Positions 27,855-38,955 are shown, counted from the stretch's first letter. The stretch is DNA of 64,000 nt from an uncultured actinomycete (GCA_942491345.1 CALOAN010000011.1:53113-117112), one strand, 5' to 3'. The notes: generated from the sequence alone by a model not told the origin. Made by a program: numbers and translations.

Positions 27855-29678
27855 TCAACGAAACACGATGAAACACCCCAGCGTGATCAGCGTGGGAACC
27901 ATGCTGGCGGCCAGCAGCATGAGGGGCGAAATACCGTTTTCAAAATAATTTTTCAAAATGCTCTGGCCGGCCGGGTTGGGCGCATTGGCGATAATGGTCA
28001 ACCCCCCACCGGCGACCGCCCCGGCCACCACGGCGTACTTGAGGCTATCGGTCAGGTTCGGCACAAGGGTGCTCAAAAAGGTAATGGCGGCATTGTCGTT
28101 GAAAGCCGTAAGGGCCGCGGCACCCAGCATCAGCGGGATTTCCGATAGCGCCCCCAGTACCGGCGCAATCCACCATCCCTGCACGCCCCCGTGAATCACC
28201 AAGCCCCCCAGGAAAAACCCGACCAGCAAGGGCGGCTTCAAATCGATGCGGTTCTGGAAAGGTGCCGTCACTTGCGAAAACCCCAGAAAAAACAAAAGAC
28301 CGGGAATGAAAATGGCCGGATCGTGGGCGTTCAGGATGGTCCAGCCCATAAACATCACGTGGAACACGATGACGAGGACAGGTACCGGGTCATCGCGGCT
28401 GTCCCATTCGGGATCAAGATAATCGGGACGCTGATCCTCCGGCAGCAATACCGGAAACGTCCGGCGGAGATTCTGGCGCTTGATTTCTTCAAAGCGCATA
28501 TCGAATGCGTCCCTTGCCAGCTCGGATGAAATGCCGCGGACCCGCAATTGATTTTCATGCTTCTTACGAAGTTTTTTTTCAATCGTCCTTTTTAACTCGC
28601 TGTAGCGTTTTTCGATGACGTCGCGAAACCCCATCTCTTCACTCAGCCCAGCCCCCATCCCGTCGAATTCCGGTTCAAACTCGGTTCGTTGAATGAAGGT
28701 TCGCATGATGTCGTCTTTGAGGCTGACGACGGCAAAGGCCTCTTCCAGTTGAAACAGCTCACGGCGAAAAATAAAATAGTACAAGCCGTTGGAGGCCAGA
28801 ATCGCCAGCGCCGCTTTCCAGCCGAAATGGGTGAGCATGTAAATCGTGTCCCAATGCCACGGCTCGGATACCATGAGCACCGGTGGGGCGGCAAAATTCG
28901 ACAGGGTCCCGCCGATCGAGATATTGACGAACAGGAGTCCGATCGTGGCGTACTTAAAGGGTTTTCCGGGATTGAGGTCATAGAATTTGCGGGCCAGCAA
29001 AAGCGCACTGATGGTCATGGCGGCAGGCTCGGTTATCAGGGATCCGAGCAGCGGTCCGATGGTCAGGATCGTCATCCACCAGGCCCGAAGGGTTCCGCCC
29101 AGCAGTCCGGCAATATGCGCCATGGCGGATTCCGCAAGCTTCAGGATCGGACGCGTGGCCGCCAGGGTCATGATGACCACCACGAACATGGGTTCCGTAA
29201 AATTGACCCGCTGGGTGATGTAATAATGAAGGGTCGTCCAGTCGTAAAAAAAGAAAATGGCACCGGTGAGGGCCGCTGCCCACAGACCGAAAACCACTTC
29301 GATCTCTCCCAGAAAATGGAACACTTCAGCACCGATGTGCACCGAATGGCGATCGACAAGGCCGTTTTCAATCCGCATCTGGTGCTCATGCTCCCAGCGG
29401 TGGGCCACCTTCAAAAAACGGCTGGTCAGAAAGGTATGCACTATGGCAGCAAAAAAGATGGCCGTTGCCGCGAAATTGAAGGGGTTTAAGCGAATACGGT
29501 TCAGGAGAATGGTGCCAAGTCCATCGGCGTGCTCATCGCCATAACTGTCCAGGCTTCTTGGGAATTCGATGGTGTCGGTCGATGGGGCGTGCCCGCTTCC
29601 GGCGCCTAACACCGGAGATGCCATCAACAGGAACGCGATTGCCGCCCAAACAACATGTCCGCCGGACCATCTCAGCAC
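27855..29678 (-). CDS. putative Na+/H+ antiporter (DUF1504-type) with an internal soluble insertion
   Basis: FHFLGEIEVVFGLW, NFTEPMFV, GSLITEPAAMT, NISIGGTL and GGGLTIIANAPNPAG motifs; multiple TM helices. Confidence 0.75.
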   Translation of the reverse strand: MLRWSGGHVVWAAIAFLLMASPVLGAGSGHAPSTDTIEFPRSLDSYGDEHADGLGTILLNRIRLNPFNFAATAIFFAAIVHTFLTSRFLKVAHRWEHEHQMRIENGLVDRHSVHIGAEVFHFLGEIEVVFGLWAAALTGAIFFFYDWTTLHYYITQRVNFTEPMFVVVIMTLAATRPILKLAESAMAHIAGLLGGTLRAWWMTILTIGPLLGSLITEPAAMTISALLLARKFYDLNPGKPFKYATIGLLFVNISIGGTLSNFAAPPVLMVSEPWHWDTIYMLTHFGWKAALAILASNGLYYFIFRRELFQLEEAFAVVSLKDDIMRTFIQRTEFEPEFDGMGAGLSEEMGFRDVIEKRYSELKRTIEKKLRKKHENQLRVRGISSELARDAFDMRFEEIKRQNLRRTFPVLLPEDQRPDYLDPEWDSRDDPVPVLVIVFHVMFMGWTILNAHDPAIFIPGLLFFLGFSQVTAPFQNRIDLKPPLLVGFFLGGLVIHGGVQGWWIAPVLGALSEIPLMLGAAALTAFNDNAAITFLSTLVPNLTDSLKYAVVAGAVAGGGLTIIANAPNPAGQSILKNYFENGISPLMLLAASMVPTLITLGCFIVFR

Positions 29679-29858
29679 GCTGGACTCTCCTTGCCGCTAT
29701 GAATTGGAGACTGATCATACCAGGGATTTCTTCGCCGTCAAGGCCGCCCCCCTGCCAAGGCCTGTTTATCGACGTACCGATCACCAAAAAACGCCAGCCA
29801 TGGTGGTCAATCCACGGCTGGCGTTACACTTCTAACACCGGCGGTCCATCGATGCGGA

Positions 29859-31487
29859 TTACTGTTGCCAGTAGGGGTTGATGATGTCTTCAAATATGGT
29901 CATGGCGGCCTCGGCCCCCATGCCGGTGGCCGTGACGATCTGCTTGTAGCCCCCCTCCACATCGCCGGCCGCGTATATCCCGGGGATATTGGTACGGTGT
30001 TTGGCATCGCGGGCGATATACCCCTCTTCGGTAAGTTCCAGCCCTATCTTACTGGCCAATTCCACCGCCGGTGTATAGCCAATGGACAGAAAAACACCGT
30101 CCACCGGCATGGTCGAGGTTTCATTGGTCTGGTTATTGAAAAGCTCAACCGAGGTCACCCGCTCCTCCCCCAAAATATCCTTTATTTCCGTATTCCAAAG
30201 GACGGGGATACCGGATTCCTTGAGATTTTTGACGAGAAACTCCTGGGCGCGCAAGGTGTCGCGTCGATGCACGAGGGTAACCGCGACCCCCATGTGGTGA
30301 AGGTGAAGCGCTTCGGTCACGGCACTGTTGCCGCCCCCCACCATGAGCACCTTTTTGTCACGGAACAGCGGCCCGTCACAGGTGGCGCAGTAGCTCACCC
30401 CCCGTCCACTCAGTCGTTTTTCGCCCGGCACACCGAGCATGCGGTGGCTGGCACCCGTGGCCAGCAGAATGGTCTTGGTCATGAACTTGCGCCGTGTGGT
30501 TTGCACCTCGTGCGGTGTTCCCGGCTTGATGTCGATGACTTTTTCACCCTGGAAAATCTGCACGTATTCCAGCGCATGATTGACCATGATGTCCACCAGG
30601 GTCTTCCCCCCCACCTGGGTAAAACCGGGGTAATTTTCGACAATGGGCGTCGTGGCGACCTGCCCACCGAGGGCATTGGCCTCCACCAAAGCGGTCTTGA
30701 GGCCGCTGCGAACGGCGTAGATCGCCGCGGTGATCCCGGCCGGCCCGCCGCCCACGATCGTAAGGTCGGTTTCCACCACCTCGGCATCCACATCGGGAAT
30801 AAAAATGGTCTGGGGCTCGAGTTTCTGCAGCGAGCTCATAAAGACTTCTTCGGCCTGGGCGCCCTGGCCGATCAGGGTTTCGTTGGCGTAGGCCACGGGA
30901 ACACTCTGGGCCGCATACTGCTGGGCAATATCCGGGCGGCATTGGATATCGATGAGTTCAAGCGAAATCAGATCCGGTCGCGCCACCGCCGCCTTGGCCC
31001 CGTTGACCGCTTCCTGGGGGCAATAGGGGCAGGACGGGCTGATGAAGACTTTTACATGACGCGGCGCATCGATGCGTTCGAGAACCTTCAAAGACTGCTC
31101 GCTGGCATTGCTGTTGCCCGAACCCACCAGCAACAGCAGTTCCAGAAAAGTCCGGGCCTCCTCGCCCATCGGGGCACCAATCCAACGGATGTTGTATTGA
31201 TCCGGCGCAATCACCAGGGTTGGCGAAACCGTGACGTTATGCTGGCGTGCCTTTTCATGACTCAAATCATATTCGTGCAGCGTAATCTTGTCCGTGAGCT
31301 CACGAAAAGCGCGAATGACCTGGCGGTTGGCCTGGGCGAAGACATCGTCCCTTGATTTTTCAGTAAAGAGCAACAGCTGGATAGCATTGGGCATCTGGGC
31401 AAAGGTTGCACGCAGTTGATTGAGAAAGGCTTGGCCGTCAGCCCGGTTCGGTGCTGAATTAGCTTCCATACCTGCCATTTCCATCAT
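29859..31487 (-). CDS. thioredoxin reductase fused to an N-terminal double thioredoxin/glutaredoxin-like domain (AhpF-like architecture)
   Basis: N-terminal CPYC; GGGPAG FAD site; YCATCDG redox pair; GGGNSA NADPH site; GIYAAGDV. Confidence 0.9.
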   Translation of the reverse strand: MMEMAGMEANSAPNRADGQAFLNQLRATFAQMPNAIQLLLFTEKSRDDVFAQANRQVIRAFRELTDKITLHEYDLSHEKARQHNVTVSPTLVIAPDQYNIRWIGAPMGEEARTFLELLLLVGSGNSNASEQSLKVLERIDAPRHVKVFISPSCPYCPQEAVNGAKAAVARPDLISLELIDIQCRPDIAQQYAAQSVPVAYANETLIGQGAQAEEVFMSSLQKLEPQTIFIPDVDAEVVETDLTIVGGGPAGITAAIYAVRSGLKTALVEANALGGQVATTPIVENYPGFTQVGGKTLVDIMVNHALEYVQIFQGEKVIDIKPGTPHEVQTTRRKFMTKTILLATGASHRMLGVPGEKRLSGRGVSYCATCDGPLFRDKKVLMVGGGNSAVTEALHLHHMGVAVTLVHRRDTLRAQEFLVKNLKESGIPVLWNTEIKDILGEERVTSVELFNNQTNETSTMPVDGVFLSIGYTPAVELASKIGLELTEEGYIARDAKHRTNIPGIYAAGDVEGGYKQIVTATGMGAEAAMTIFEDIINPYWQQ

Positions 31488-31863
31488 TGTCCATCCTCCT
31501 TCGTGGCATGGGTTCGATAGTAGACGATCGATGATTCTTTTCAGGTCCGTATATGTCTGATAAATGCCGGCCACTCTGCCAACCGGCTCTAAGCCATAAA
31601 TGATACGAAAAACAAAGGGACGTTACAAAAGCATCGTCAATCACCGGTTATTAACACCCAAACCGCATGGGATTGGGTAACGGTCATATACCGCTGTATG
31701 TAACTTATAATTATAGGGCGCGTACCGAAAATGGCAACAAACACGGGGCAGGTTTTGGTCGGGATCATGGTCAGCAGCCATCGAGATTACAACCGTGCGG
31801 AGAGGACTTCATGGTGCGGCAACCGGCTTTTCGCCGCGGGAATCTTTTGAAATCATGTTTCCA

Positions 31864-31984
31864 ACGGTTTCGTAAAACGTCCGAAATCAAGGCTTGCGAA
31901 TCCCGAGGAAAGAGGCGTACTTGCGTTACGCCGCAATGACGAGGGATACGCGTAACGCGGATATCGGACGTTTTACGAAACCGT
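31864..31984. repeat. 121-bp palindromic MITE/REP-like element
   Basis: Perfect 21-bp terminal inverted repeats ACGGTTTCGTAAAACGTCCGA / TCGGACGTTTTACGAAACCGT; internal hairpin GGCGTAC..GTTACGCC. Confidence 0.8.
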
Positions 31985-32690
31985 CAATTCTTGCCCGGTG
32001 CTTTATGCGCATACTGCCAAATGGCTTCCGCCAGCTGCAAATCCTCCGGTGTCGTAATTTTGATGTTCATGCGGCTTCCCGGAACAATCGTCACGGCCTT
32101 TCCCAGGCGCTCCACCAGCTGACCGTCATCCGTCCCCATAAACCCCGCTTCGCGCGCCTGGTGGTGCGCTTCCCGAATGAGACCAAGCCGAAACCCCTGT
32201 GGCGTCTGGGCCATCCAGACCGCATCACGGGGCAGCGTTTCAACGATCCGTCCATCATCGCCCGCCTGCTTGAGTGTATCGCATGCGGCCACCGCTGTAA
32301 GACAGGCACCATATGCCATCGCAGCTTCCAGGCACTGGGACAGCACTTTCGTCGACACAAACGGTCGGACCCCGTCGTGGATCAGGACCACGTCATCCGC
32401 CTGCCCGCGACTCGCCGCAAGCCCTAAAAAAACACTTTCCTGGCGATCCCGCCCGCCTGGAATGATTTGCAACGTCGACGATGTGGACAACCCATCGGCA
32501 ATCTGCTCGACGACAATACGCCGTCTCGGTTGCCGCGACCACAAGAATGATTTCTTCAAAAAGGCCGCTTTGGGTAAAAACAGAGCGTTCGTTTCAGAAT
32601 CGGCACGCCACCCAGCGGCAAATACGGTTTTCGGATCGATCCGCCCATCCGGAGACCCTGTCCGGCAGCAACAATGATGGCTGAATTCAT
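31984..32690 (-). CDS. ispD: 2-C-methyl-D-erythritol 4-phosphate cytidylyltransferase, with two apparent frameshifts (about 32576-32584 and 32508-32513)
   Basis: IIVAAGQGLRMGG..RKPYLPL; middle segment VFTQSGLFEEIILVVAA in a third frame; GGRDRQESV, VLIHDGVRPF, AQTPQGF, TDD and NIKITTPEDL. Confidence 0.9.
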
Positions 32691-32787
32691 AAGGTTTCTT
32701 GCTTGAAAGGAGATGGGGTCATAATAGTGCCGGCGTTGCCCTGACCGACCACGCGATAACCAGGTCAACGATCCATTCCTGGTGGAA

Positions 32788-34096
32788 TTAACGTAAATAG
32801 AGAAGCTCTTTCGGCAAGGGAACGCCCTTTCCCATGGTGTCTTCACCATAATTGACACCCGCCAGAATTTCGATGTCCTGAAGTGCCCTAACGTCCCCCT
32901 CGAAAACAACTTCTTTAATGTTTTCCTTGTTGATCTTTCCCGCCGGCCCACTGGATATCCAGGACACTGCTGGCATCGAAGCGATCCTCTCCGATACACA
33001 ATTCCACCTGTCCGCCAAAATGCTGAACGATTTTGGCAACAAGCAAGCTGGGACGACTATGGAAGCCGAGTTTCACCGGGATGCCAACGGTAATGGAACC
33101 ACGTTCGATGTTTTCATTGAGAATCTCCCGCGCCAGTTGATTCCCGATCGTCAGGAAATGACAGGCGTAGAACAATCCATAATTAATGGTGCGGTCAAGA
33201 AGATCTTCCGGCACGACCAGTTTGGAAAGTCTTTCCTGGACCTGCTGGTAGATGTTCTTAAAGCTGGTTCGATGCTGATGCCGTTCGTAAAAATGGAGCA
33301 GCCGCCCGATCATCTGCAATAGATGAAACACAACGGAGAAATAACTGCGCAACTGTTTTAGTTTACGGTTGCCGAACCGGTAGCCGCCCTGAATGACATA
33401 GGAGTCAAAGCTGGACTGCAGATTATGGACCAGCATCTCGAATCGTCGAATCTCGACCTCATTGACCTTGGTGGGCACGATCGCGGCCAGGGCATCAACG
33501 GGGTAAGGTTCGTAAAAACCAAGTTGGTCAAAATTCTGGGCGATACTCAGAAATTCACTGGCGATTTTTACGATATGTTTCTTCTGTAGATCTTTGTTTT
33601 CATCATCGATGTCATAGTCCAGCAGGTCGGTTGATGTAATGCTCGGAAACTTGGTGGGATCGAAACCTTTTCCAGGGGCCGGGATTTCCAGCCGCTTTGC
33701 CTCCGCAATGATGGCCGGCGCCAGTCGACACAGGCAATCATTCAAGAAATTAAGCGTGTGCACCCCCTGGATCTCAAATTCTTCGGAATCCTGGAGATCA
33801 TAGTAACCCAGCCTGTTGGTGATGTGCTTCTGCGAATAAGCACCCAAACTGAGATGGCGCACGGTCGCCGTCAGTTCACGGTAATAGTACCAGTCGTTAT
33901 TATTTTTCGCTCCATGGAAGTCGAGAAAATCTTCCATCAACTGTGTCGTACTGATCAGTTTTGAATATAGTTTTTTAGTGAAAAAATGACGGTCGCCCTG
34001 GGATGCGATAATGTATTCGCAGCAGCGCAGATAATCATGGGAAAAAATGCGCACCTTTTCTTGATAGGATATGGGTTGTTCTTGTGTATCTCTCAT
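32788..34096 (-). CDS. large protein with a C-terminal HPr-like phosphocarrier domain; apparent +1 frameshift at 32936-32938
   Basis: GIPVKLGFHSRPSLLVAKIVQHFGGQV..FDASSVLDI (HPr His and Ser motifs). Removing one A from GGG AAAG ATC joins ORFs 32915-34096 and 32788-33042. Confidence 0.75.
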
Positions 34097-34193
34097 TGGG
34101 CCACACTTTAGGGTTGCATTGAAATCGGTCGCCAGGATTTTGATATGGAAGGGAACCCAGAGCGACGCATCTTCCGTTTTGAAGTTTAAAAAG

Positions 34194-34590
<397 letters not shown>

Positions 34591-34628
34591 TTGCCGCACA
34601 TTGGATCCTTACAATACGGTAATATATT

Positions 34629-35351
34629 TCAGGAATTATCCCAGTAAAGAATCCTATTACAGAAGGGGCACAATTTCAAGCTGTCAAACCGCTGCAGCTC
34701 GTTGAACATCTGGGGGGGGATATTCATATGGCAGCCCATGCAAATTGAATTGCGGACAGGCGCCACGGCTTTGCCATCCGGGCACATCTTTTTGACTTTT
34801 ATAAAGGCTTTCAACAATTCCGGGGCAATGTCGGCTTCCACCGTCTTCACTTCACGGGACAGATCGGAGAATCGGGTTTCGCTTTCAGACGCGCTTTCGG
34901 CCACGGCCTTTTTGTCCGAAGCCACCTGCTCATCAAGCTGTCGCTGTTCTTCTTCCCGGGCACTAATCGTCTGGCTGAGGGTTTCCATCTCAGTCATACA
35001 CTCCAACATTTCATCTTCGATTTGTGATTTGCGCGCCCGCAACTGCTCTTCTTCCTTGAGGAGTGACTGGTATTCCCGATTCGTTTTTACGGCCCGTCGT
35101 TTCTCTTCGGTTTTCTCGATCAGGGTCGTATTCACCCGGACCTGTTCCTCAGCGTCATTGTAGCGCGCTTGCAAATCCTCAAACGCGGCCTTTTGCTTCT
35201 CGATCGACCTTAAAAAAGTGTCCAGTTCTTTATCTAATTCAGCGATTTTATCAGCCACAGCATCGAGGTTTTTCTGCACCCCAATCTTCTGTATTTCAAT
35301 CCGCTGCAGGCTTAAAAGGTTCTCCATCTGTGCACGGGTAATTGCTGTCAT
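34629..35351 (-). CDS. coiled-coil protein with C-terminal C4 zinc ribbon (DUF164-like)
   Basis: Long coiled coil followed by CMGCHM...LCPFCNRILYW; typical position between nif3 and rnpB. Confidence 0.88.
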   Translation of the reverse strand: MTAITRAQMENLLSLQRIEIQKIGVQKNLDAVADKIAELDKELDTFLRSIEKQKAAFEDLQARYNDAEEQVRVNTTLIEKTEEKRRAVKTNREYQSLLKEEEQLRARKSQIEDEMLECMTEMETLSQTISAREEEQRQLDEQVASDKKAVAESASESETRFSDLSREVKTVEADIAPELLKAFIKVKKMCPDGKAVAPVRNSICMGCHMNIPPQMFNELQRFDSLKLCPFCNRILYWDNS

Positions 35352-35507
35352 GATCTCTCAGGCACTCCTTAAAATGAATTTTCCGCGGGGCCTTCGCCCG
35401 GTAGCAACCGTCGAATGACGGTGCTGATCGCAGGGTCAATGGTTCTGTTCAGATGACCTATTCACACGTAAAAGAAAACGGTTATCGCAAACACACATGG
35501 GCCGACA

Positions 35508-36311
35508 TTAAAGCGTTATAAAGGGCGCCTGTTCGCATAAACAGGCTTCGACAAGAATATCCAGGCCACCGGCACTCATATGGTCCGCCAATCGCTTTGA
35601 GAACGGTTCCAGAAGGATATGCTCCGATTCATAATGGCCGATATCGATCACACCCCTGCCGTGGGCCTCGACTTCCCGCGCCTCATGATAGCGAACGTCT
35701 CCGGTAATATATAGTTGCGCATCGGAAGCTAAAAAAGTCTTAAGCAGGCTCGATCCGCTGCCCGAACATAGCGCCACGCGAACGACCGGGAGTTGCGGGT
35801 CACCGGCAAATCGTATATGAGGTATCGCCATCCGAGACTTGATCTGTGCTGCCAGATCCGCCAGTGTCGTCCGGGCCGGCAAGCTGCCAATGCGACCCAA
35901 TCCACAATGCAAGTCATCTTGAACGGGCTGTAAAACCGTCAGACGTTCAACCGCTAAAAAAGATGCCAGAATATCGTTGACGCCACCCTGCGTGCTGTCC
36001 AGATTCGTATGGGCTGAAATCACGGCAATATTGTGACGCAATAATTCGCGCAAAATCCCTCCCAGAGGGGTATCCAGATCCAGCGCGCGCAAGGGACTGA
36101 AAATGAGCGGGTGATGCGTCACAAGCACTTCGGCCTTACGGTTACGCACTTCTCGGATGACTTCCGGTGTCGGGTCAAGCGCTGTTAGCACACGCTTAAC
36201 CGGCCATTGGCGGCGGCCTACCTGCAAGCCGATATTATCCCATTCCTCTGCCAATGCAGCCGGTGCAATGGATTCTATCGCGTTGAGGATATCGTTGACC
36301 GTCGCATCCAT
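35508..36311 (-). CDS. Nif3-like dinuclear metal centre protein (GTP cyclohydrolase 1 type 2 homologue family)
   Basis: AEEWDNIGLQVG, LVTHHPLIF, SAHTNLD, ITGDVRYH and IDIGHYESE. Confidence 0.92.
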   Translation of the reverse strand: MDATVNDILNAIESIAPAALAEEWDNIGLQVGRRQWPVKRVLTALDPTPEVIREVRNRKAEVLVTHHPLIFSPLRALDLDTPLGGILRELLRHNIAVISAHTNLDSTQGGVNDILASFLAVERLTVLQPVQDDLHCGLGRIGSLPARTTLADLAAQIKSRMAIPHIRFAGDPQLPVVRVALCSGSGSSLLKTFLASDAQLYITGDVRYHEAREVEAHGRGVIDIGHYESEHILLEPFSKRLADHMSAGGLDILVEACLCEQAPFITL

Positions 36312-36340
36312 TACGCCATGCTTCTCCAATTCCCGAATAT

Positions 36341-36375
36341 AAAAAAGGCGTGGATCCTAAGTGAACCACGCCTTT
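36341..36375 (-). terminator. terminator-like hairpin downstream of tRNA-Ile2
   Basis: Minus strand AAAGGCGTGG-TTCACTTAGGA-TCCACGCCTTTTTT. Confidence 0.6.
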
Positions 36376-36506
36376 CGAGGTTATCGGTCGGAGACAATGT
36401 CGTTGTCCCCCCCAATTTTTTAAATCTTTCTGCATCCATGCCAATCATATCCTATCTCATTAACCGCATCCATATCATAATACGGCAACCTGCGTGACAA
36501 AATATA

Positions 36507-36579
36507 TGGGCCCACCTGGGATCGAACCAGGGACCTACCGGTTATGAGCCGGTGGCTCTGCCAGCTGAGCTATGGGCCC
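36507..36579 (-). tRNA. tRNA-Ile2 (anticodon CAT, lysidine-modified); CCA not encoded
   Basis: GGGCCCATAGCTCAGCTGGCAGAGCCACCGGCTCATAACCGGTAGGTCCCTGGTTCGATCCCAGGTGGGCCCA; G1-C72, C4-G69, A73; located downstream of rpoD. Confidence 0.9.
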
Positions 36580-36708
36580 CAAAAAAGCTCAAAAAAGAGC
36601 GTCATCTGTACTATCTGCCTTGATTGGTTTTGTCAAGCCGTACAACCGCCCGCGCAACGACTAGGGCGTTACAAACCGGTGCGAAAAGATAACGGCTCTT
36701 TATGATTT

Positions 36709-38955
36709 TCAGCTCTCGATAAAGTATTTCAACTTCCGACTGCGGGTCGGGTGCCGGAGTTTCCGCAATGCCTTGGCTTCAATCTGCCGAATACGCTCGC
36801 GGGTGACGGCAAAGTCTTGCCCCACTTCTTCCAGCGTATGGTCCGCCTTTTCACCGATCCCGAATCGCATGCGCAACACCTTTTCTTCTCTCGGGGTCAA
36901 GGTCGCCAGGACCTTGCGGGTCTGCTCCGCCAAATTCAGACTGACGGCCGCATCGGAAGGCAGCATAAACTTCTTATCCTCGATAAAATCTCCCAAATGG
37001 CTATCTTCTTCTTCACCAATGGGTGTTTCCAGGGAAATGGGTTCACGTGCTATTTTTAGCACTTTACGCACTTTTTCAAGAGGGATCTCCATTTTCTCAG
37101 CAATTTCTTCCGGAGAGGGTTCCCGTCCCTGCTCCTGCACCAGATAGCGCGATGTTCGAATCAGCTTATTGATCGTTTCAATCATATGAACCGGAATTCG
37201 AATCGTGCGGGCCTGATCGGCGATCGCACGCGTAATCGCCTGACGGATCCACCAGGTGGCATAGGTACTGAATTTATACCCCCTTCGGTATTCAAATTTA
37301 TCAACCGCCTTCATCAGGCCAATGTTGCCCTCCTGAATGAGATCAAGAAACTGCAAACCGCGATTGGTATATTTTTTGGCAATGCTCACCACCAGGCGCA
37401 GGTTGGCCTTGGTCAGTTCGCTCTTGGCCAGTTTGGCATGAAACCGCCCCTCATCGACACTGCTGATAATACGCTTGAGGATACGATTATTCGCGTTGAT
37501 CTGTTGTTCTTTTTCCTCCAGGTCGCTCTGTACGGTACACAATTCTTTATATATCAGGCTCAATTCTTTTTGGGTCAGATCGGCGCGCACTTTGGCCCAC
37601 TTGATAAAACGGGTTTCCGAAGCCAAGTTGGGACGCAATTCATTGATCGGCGCATCCACAATGTCTGCGTATATGGCGATCGTCTTATGTCTGGATTCGA
37701 ACCATGCGATCTGGTTCCGAATAATATTTTCGATTTTTTCAACGACACTGCTTTCCAAGCGCCAGTCCTTTAGCAGTCCGAAAATCTTATGCGTCCGACG
37801 GGATATCGCCCGCCGGATGCGCCGCTGCTCATCCGCCTTCGTATTCGACCGGAAAAGCTTCTCCCGAAACGCACGATTTTCTTCATTGATGTCGTGGATG
37901 GCCTGGATGGTTTGCAGAAATCTACCCGTTTGTTCCGCCTCATCAACAAAAGCATCCCCTTCATCAATATCTCTCAGGACGTTTTTTGGGCGCAAGGCAC
38001 CGTTTAGGATGTGCCCCCCCAACTCTAGAATACAATTGACCGCCGTCGTCGTATCCAAAAGTGCCCGCAATACTTCCTGCTCACCGGCTTCGATCTTTTT
38101 GGCAATCTCGACTTCCCCCTCACGACTTAGCAGCGTGACATTACCCATTTCACGCAAGTACATTTTGACGGGGTCCGTTACGGTGCCAAATTCCGTGAGC
38201 CCCGCATCGACGGTTTTTATTTTTCCGCCCTGAATATCTTTGGCCTTGGCCGTCAGGCTCTGCTTTTCTTCGTCCAACACCTCGATGTCATATTCATCGA
38301 ACATCATAAGCGTATCGTCAATTTGGTCCGACGACATCAATTCTTCGGGGAGGACCTGATTGATCTCACTGTAAGTCAAAAATCCCTGGGCCTTGCCCTT
38401 GGCCACCAGGGTTTCCAAAGCCTGAACAACGGCTTCCTTCCCGTTTTCAACCTTCGCTTTTTTGGGCACATCTTTGGCGGCAACGGTTTTCTTCACAGAT
38501 GCCTCTGCCTTGGCACCCTTTTTGGGCGCCACCGCTTTTGATTTGGTCGCTTTTTTTTGCTCGACGGCGTTTGCCTTGACAGCCTGTTTTTTGGACGAAG
38601 GTTTGCGGGCATCCGTTTTTTTGGCGGTAACGGCTTTTTTCGGTGTCGCTTTCTTTTTCAGCGCCGTCTTCTTTTTCGTGGTGGTCTTTTTGGTTTTGGT
38701 CGCCTTTTTCACCTCGGCGGCACCTTTTTTTGTTGCAGCCTTGGCGGCGCTCTGGGGCGCGGCCGACTTGGCGGACGCTTTTTGGGTTTTCTTTTTCACA
38801 GCCTCCTTTTTAGAAGACTTGACGGGGCGCGCTTTGGCCGCTGCCGTTTTTTTCCGCTGGCCGGCCTTAGACTTGCGATCCGTCTTGGCCTTGGTTTCCG
38901 TCTTTTTTTTCTGCTTGGCGGATTCTTCGATCTTTGCCGCGGCTTTCTTTGCCAT
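36709..38955 (-). CDS. rpoD: RNA polymerase primary sigma factor with a long Lys/Ala-rich N-terminal extension
   Basis: [53 protein letters not shown] and [14 protein letters not shown]. Confidence 0.97.
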   Translation of the reverse strand: MAKKAAAKIEESAKQKKKTETKAKTDRKSKAGQRKKTAAAKARPVKSSKKEAVKKKTQKASAKSAAPQSAAKAATKKGAAEVKKATKTKKTTTKKKTALKKKATPKKAVTAKKTDARKPSSKKQAVKANAVEQKKATKSKAVAPKKGAKAEASVKKTVAAKDVPKKAKVENGKEAVVQALETLVAKGKAQGFLTYSEINQVLPEELMSSDQIDDTLMMFDEYDIEVLDEEKQSLTAKAKDIQGGKIKTVDAGLTEFGTVTDPVKMYLREMGNVTLLSREGEVEIAKKIEAGEQEVLRALLDTTTAVNCILELGGHILNGALRPKNVLRDIDEGDAFVDEAEQTGRFLQTIQAIHDINEENRAFREKLFRSNTKADEQRRIRRAISRRTHKIFGLLKDWRLESSVVEKIENIIRNQIAWFESRHKTIAIYADIVDAPINELRPNLASETRFIKWAKVRADLTQKELSLIYKELCTVQSDLEEKEQQINANNRILKRIISSVDEGRFHAKLAKSELTKANLRLVVSIAKKYTNRGLQFLDLIQEGNIGLMKAVDKFEYRRGYKFSTYATWWIRQAITRAIADQARTIRIPVHMIETINKLIRTSRYLVQEQGREPSPEEIAEKMEIPLEKVRKVLKIAREPISLETPIGEEEDSHLGDFIEDKKFMLPSDAAVSLNLAEQTRKVLATLTPREEKVLRMRFGIGEKADHTLEEVGQDFAVTRERIRQIEAKALRKLRHPTRSRKLKYFIES

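Noticed and set aside
4225-31355. Long antisense ORFs (e.g. 4225-5382+, 11690-12982+, 16110-17333+, 22764-23867+, 29865-31355+)
   Set aside because: They are shadow frames of high-GC genes on the opposite strand and carry no recognisable motifs.
16038-34096. Direct functional link between the PEP-synthase-like enzyme and the HPr-domain fusion
   Set aside because: Chemically attractive, but the genes are 14 kb apart in different contexts and share no regulatory motif; kept only as a test suggestion.
36507-36579. Calling the CAT-anticodon tRNA a tRNA-Met
   Set aside because: The G1-C72 pair excludes the initiator; C4-G69, the anticodon arm and the position after rpoD fit Ile2 better.
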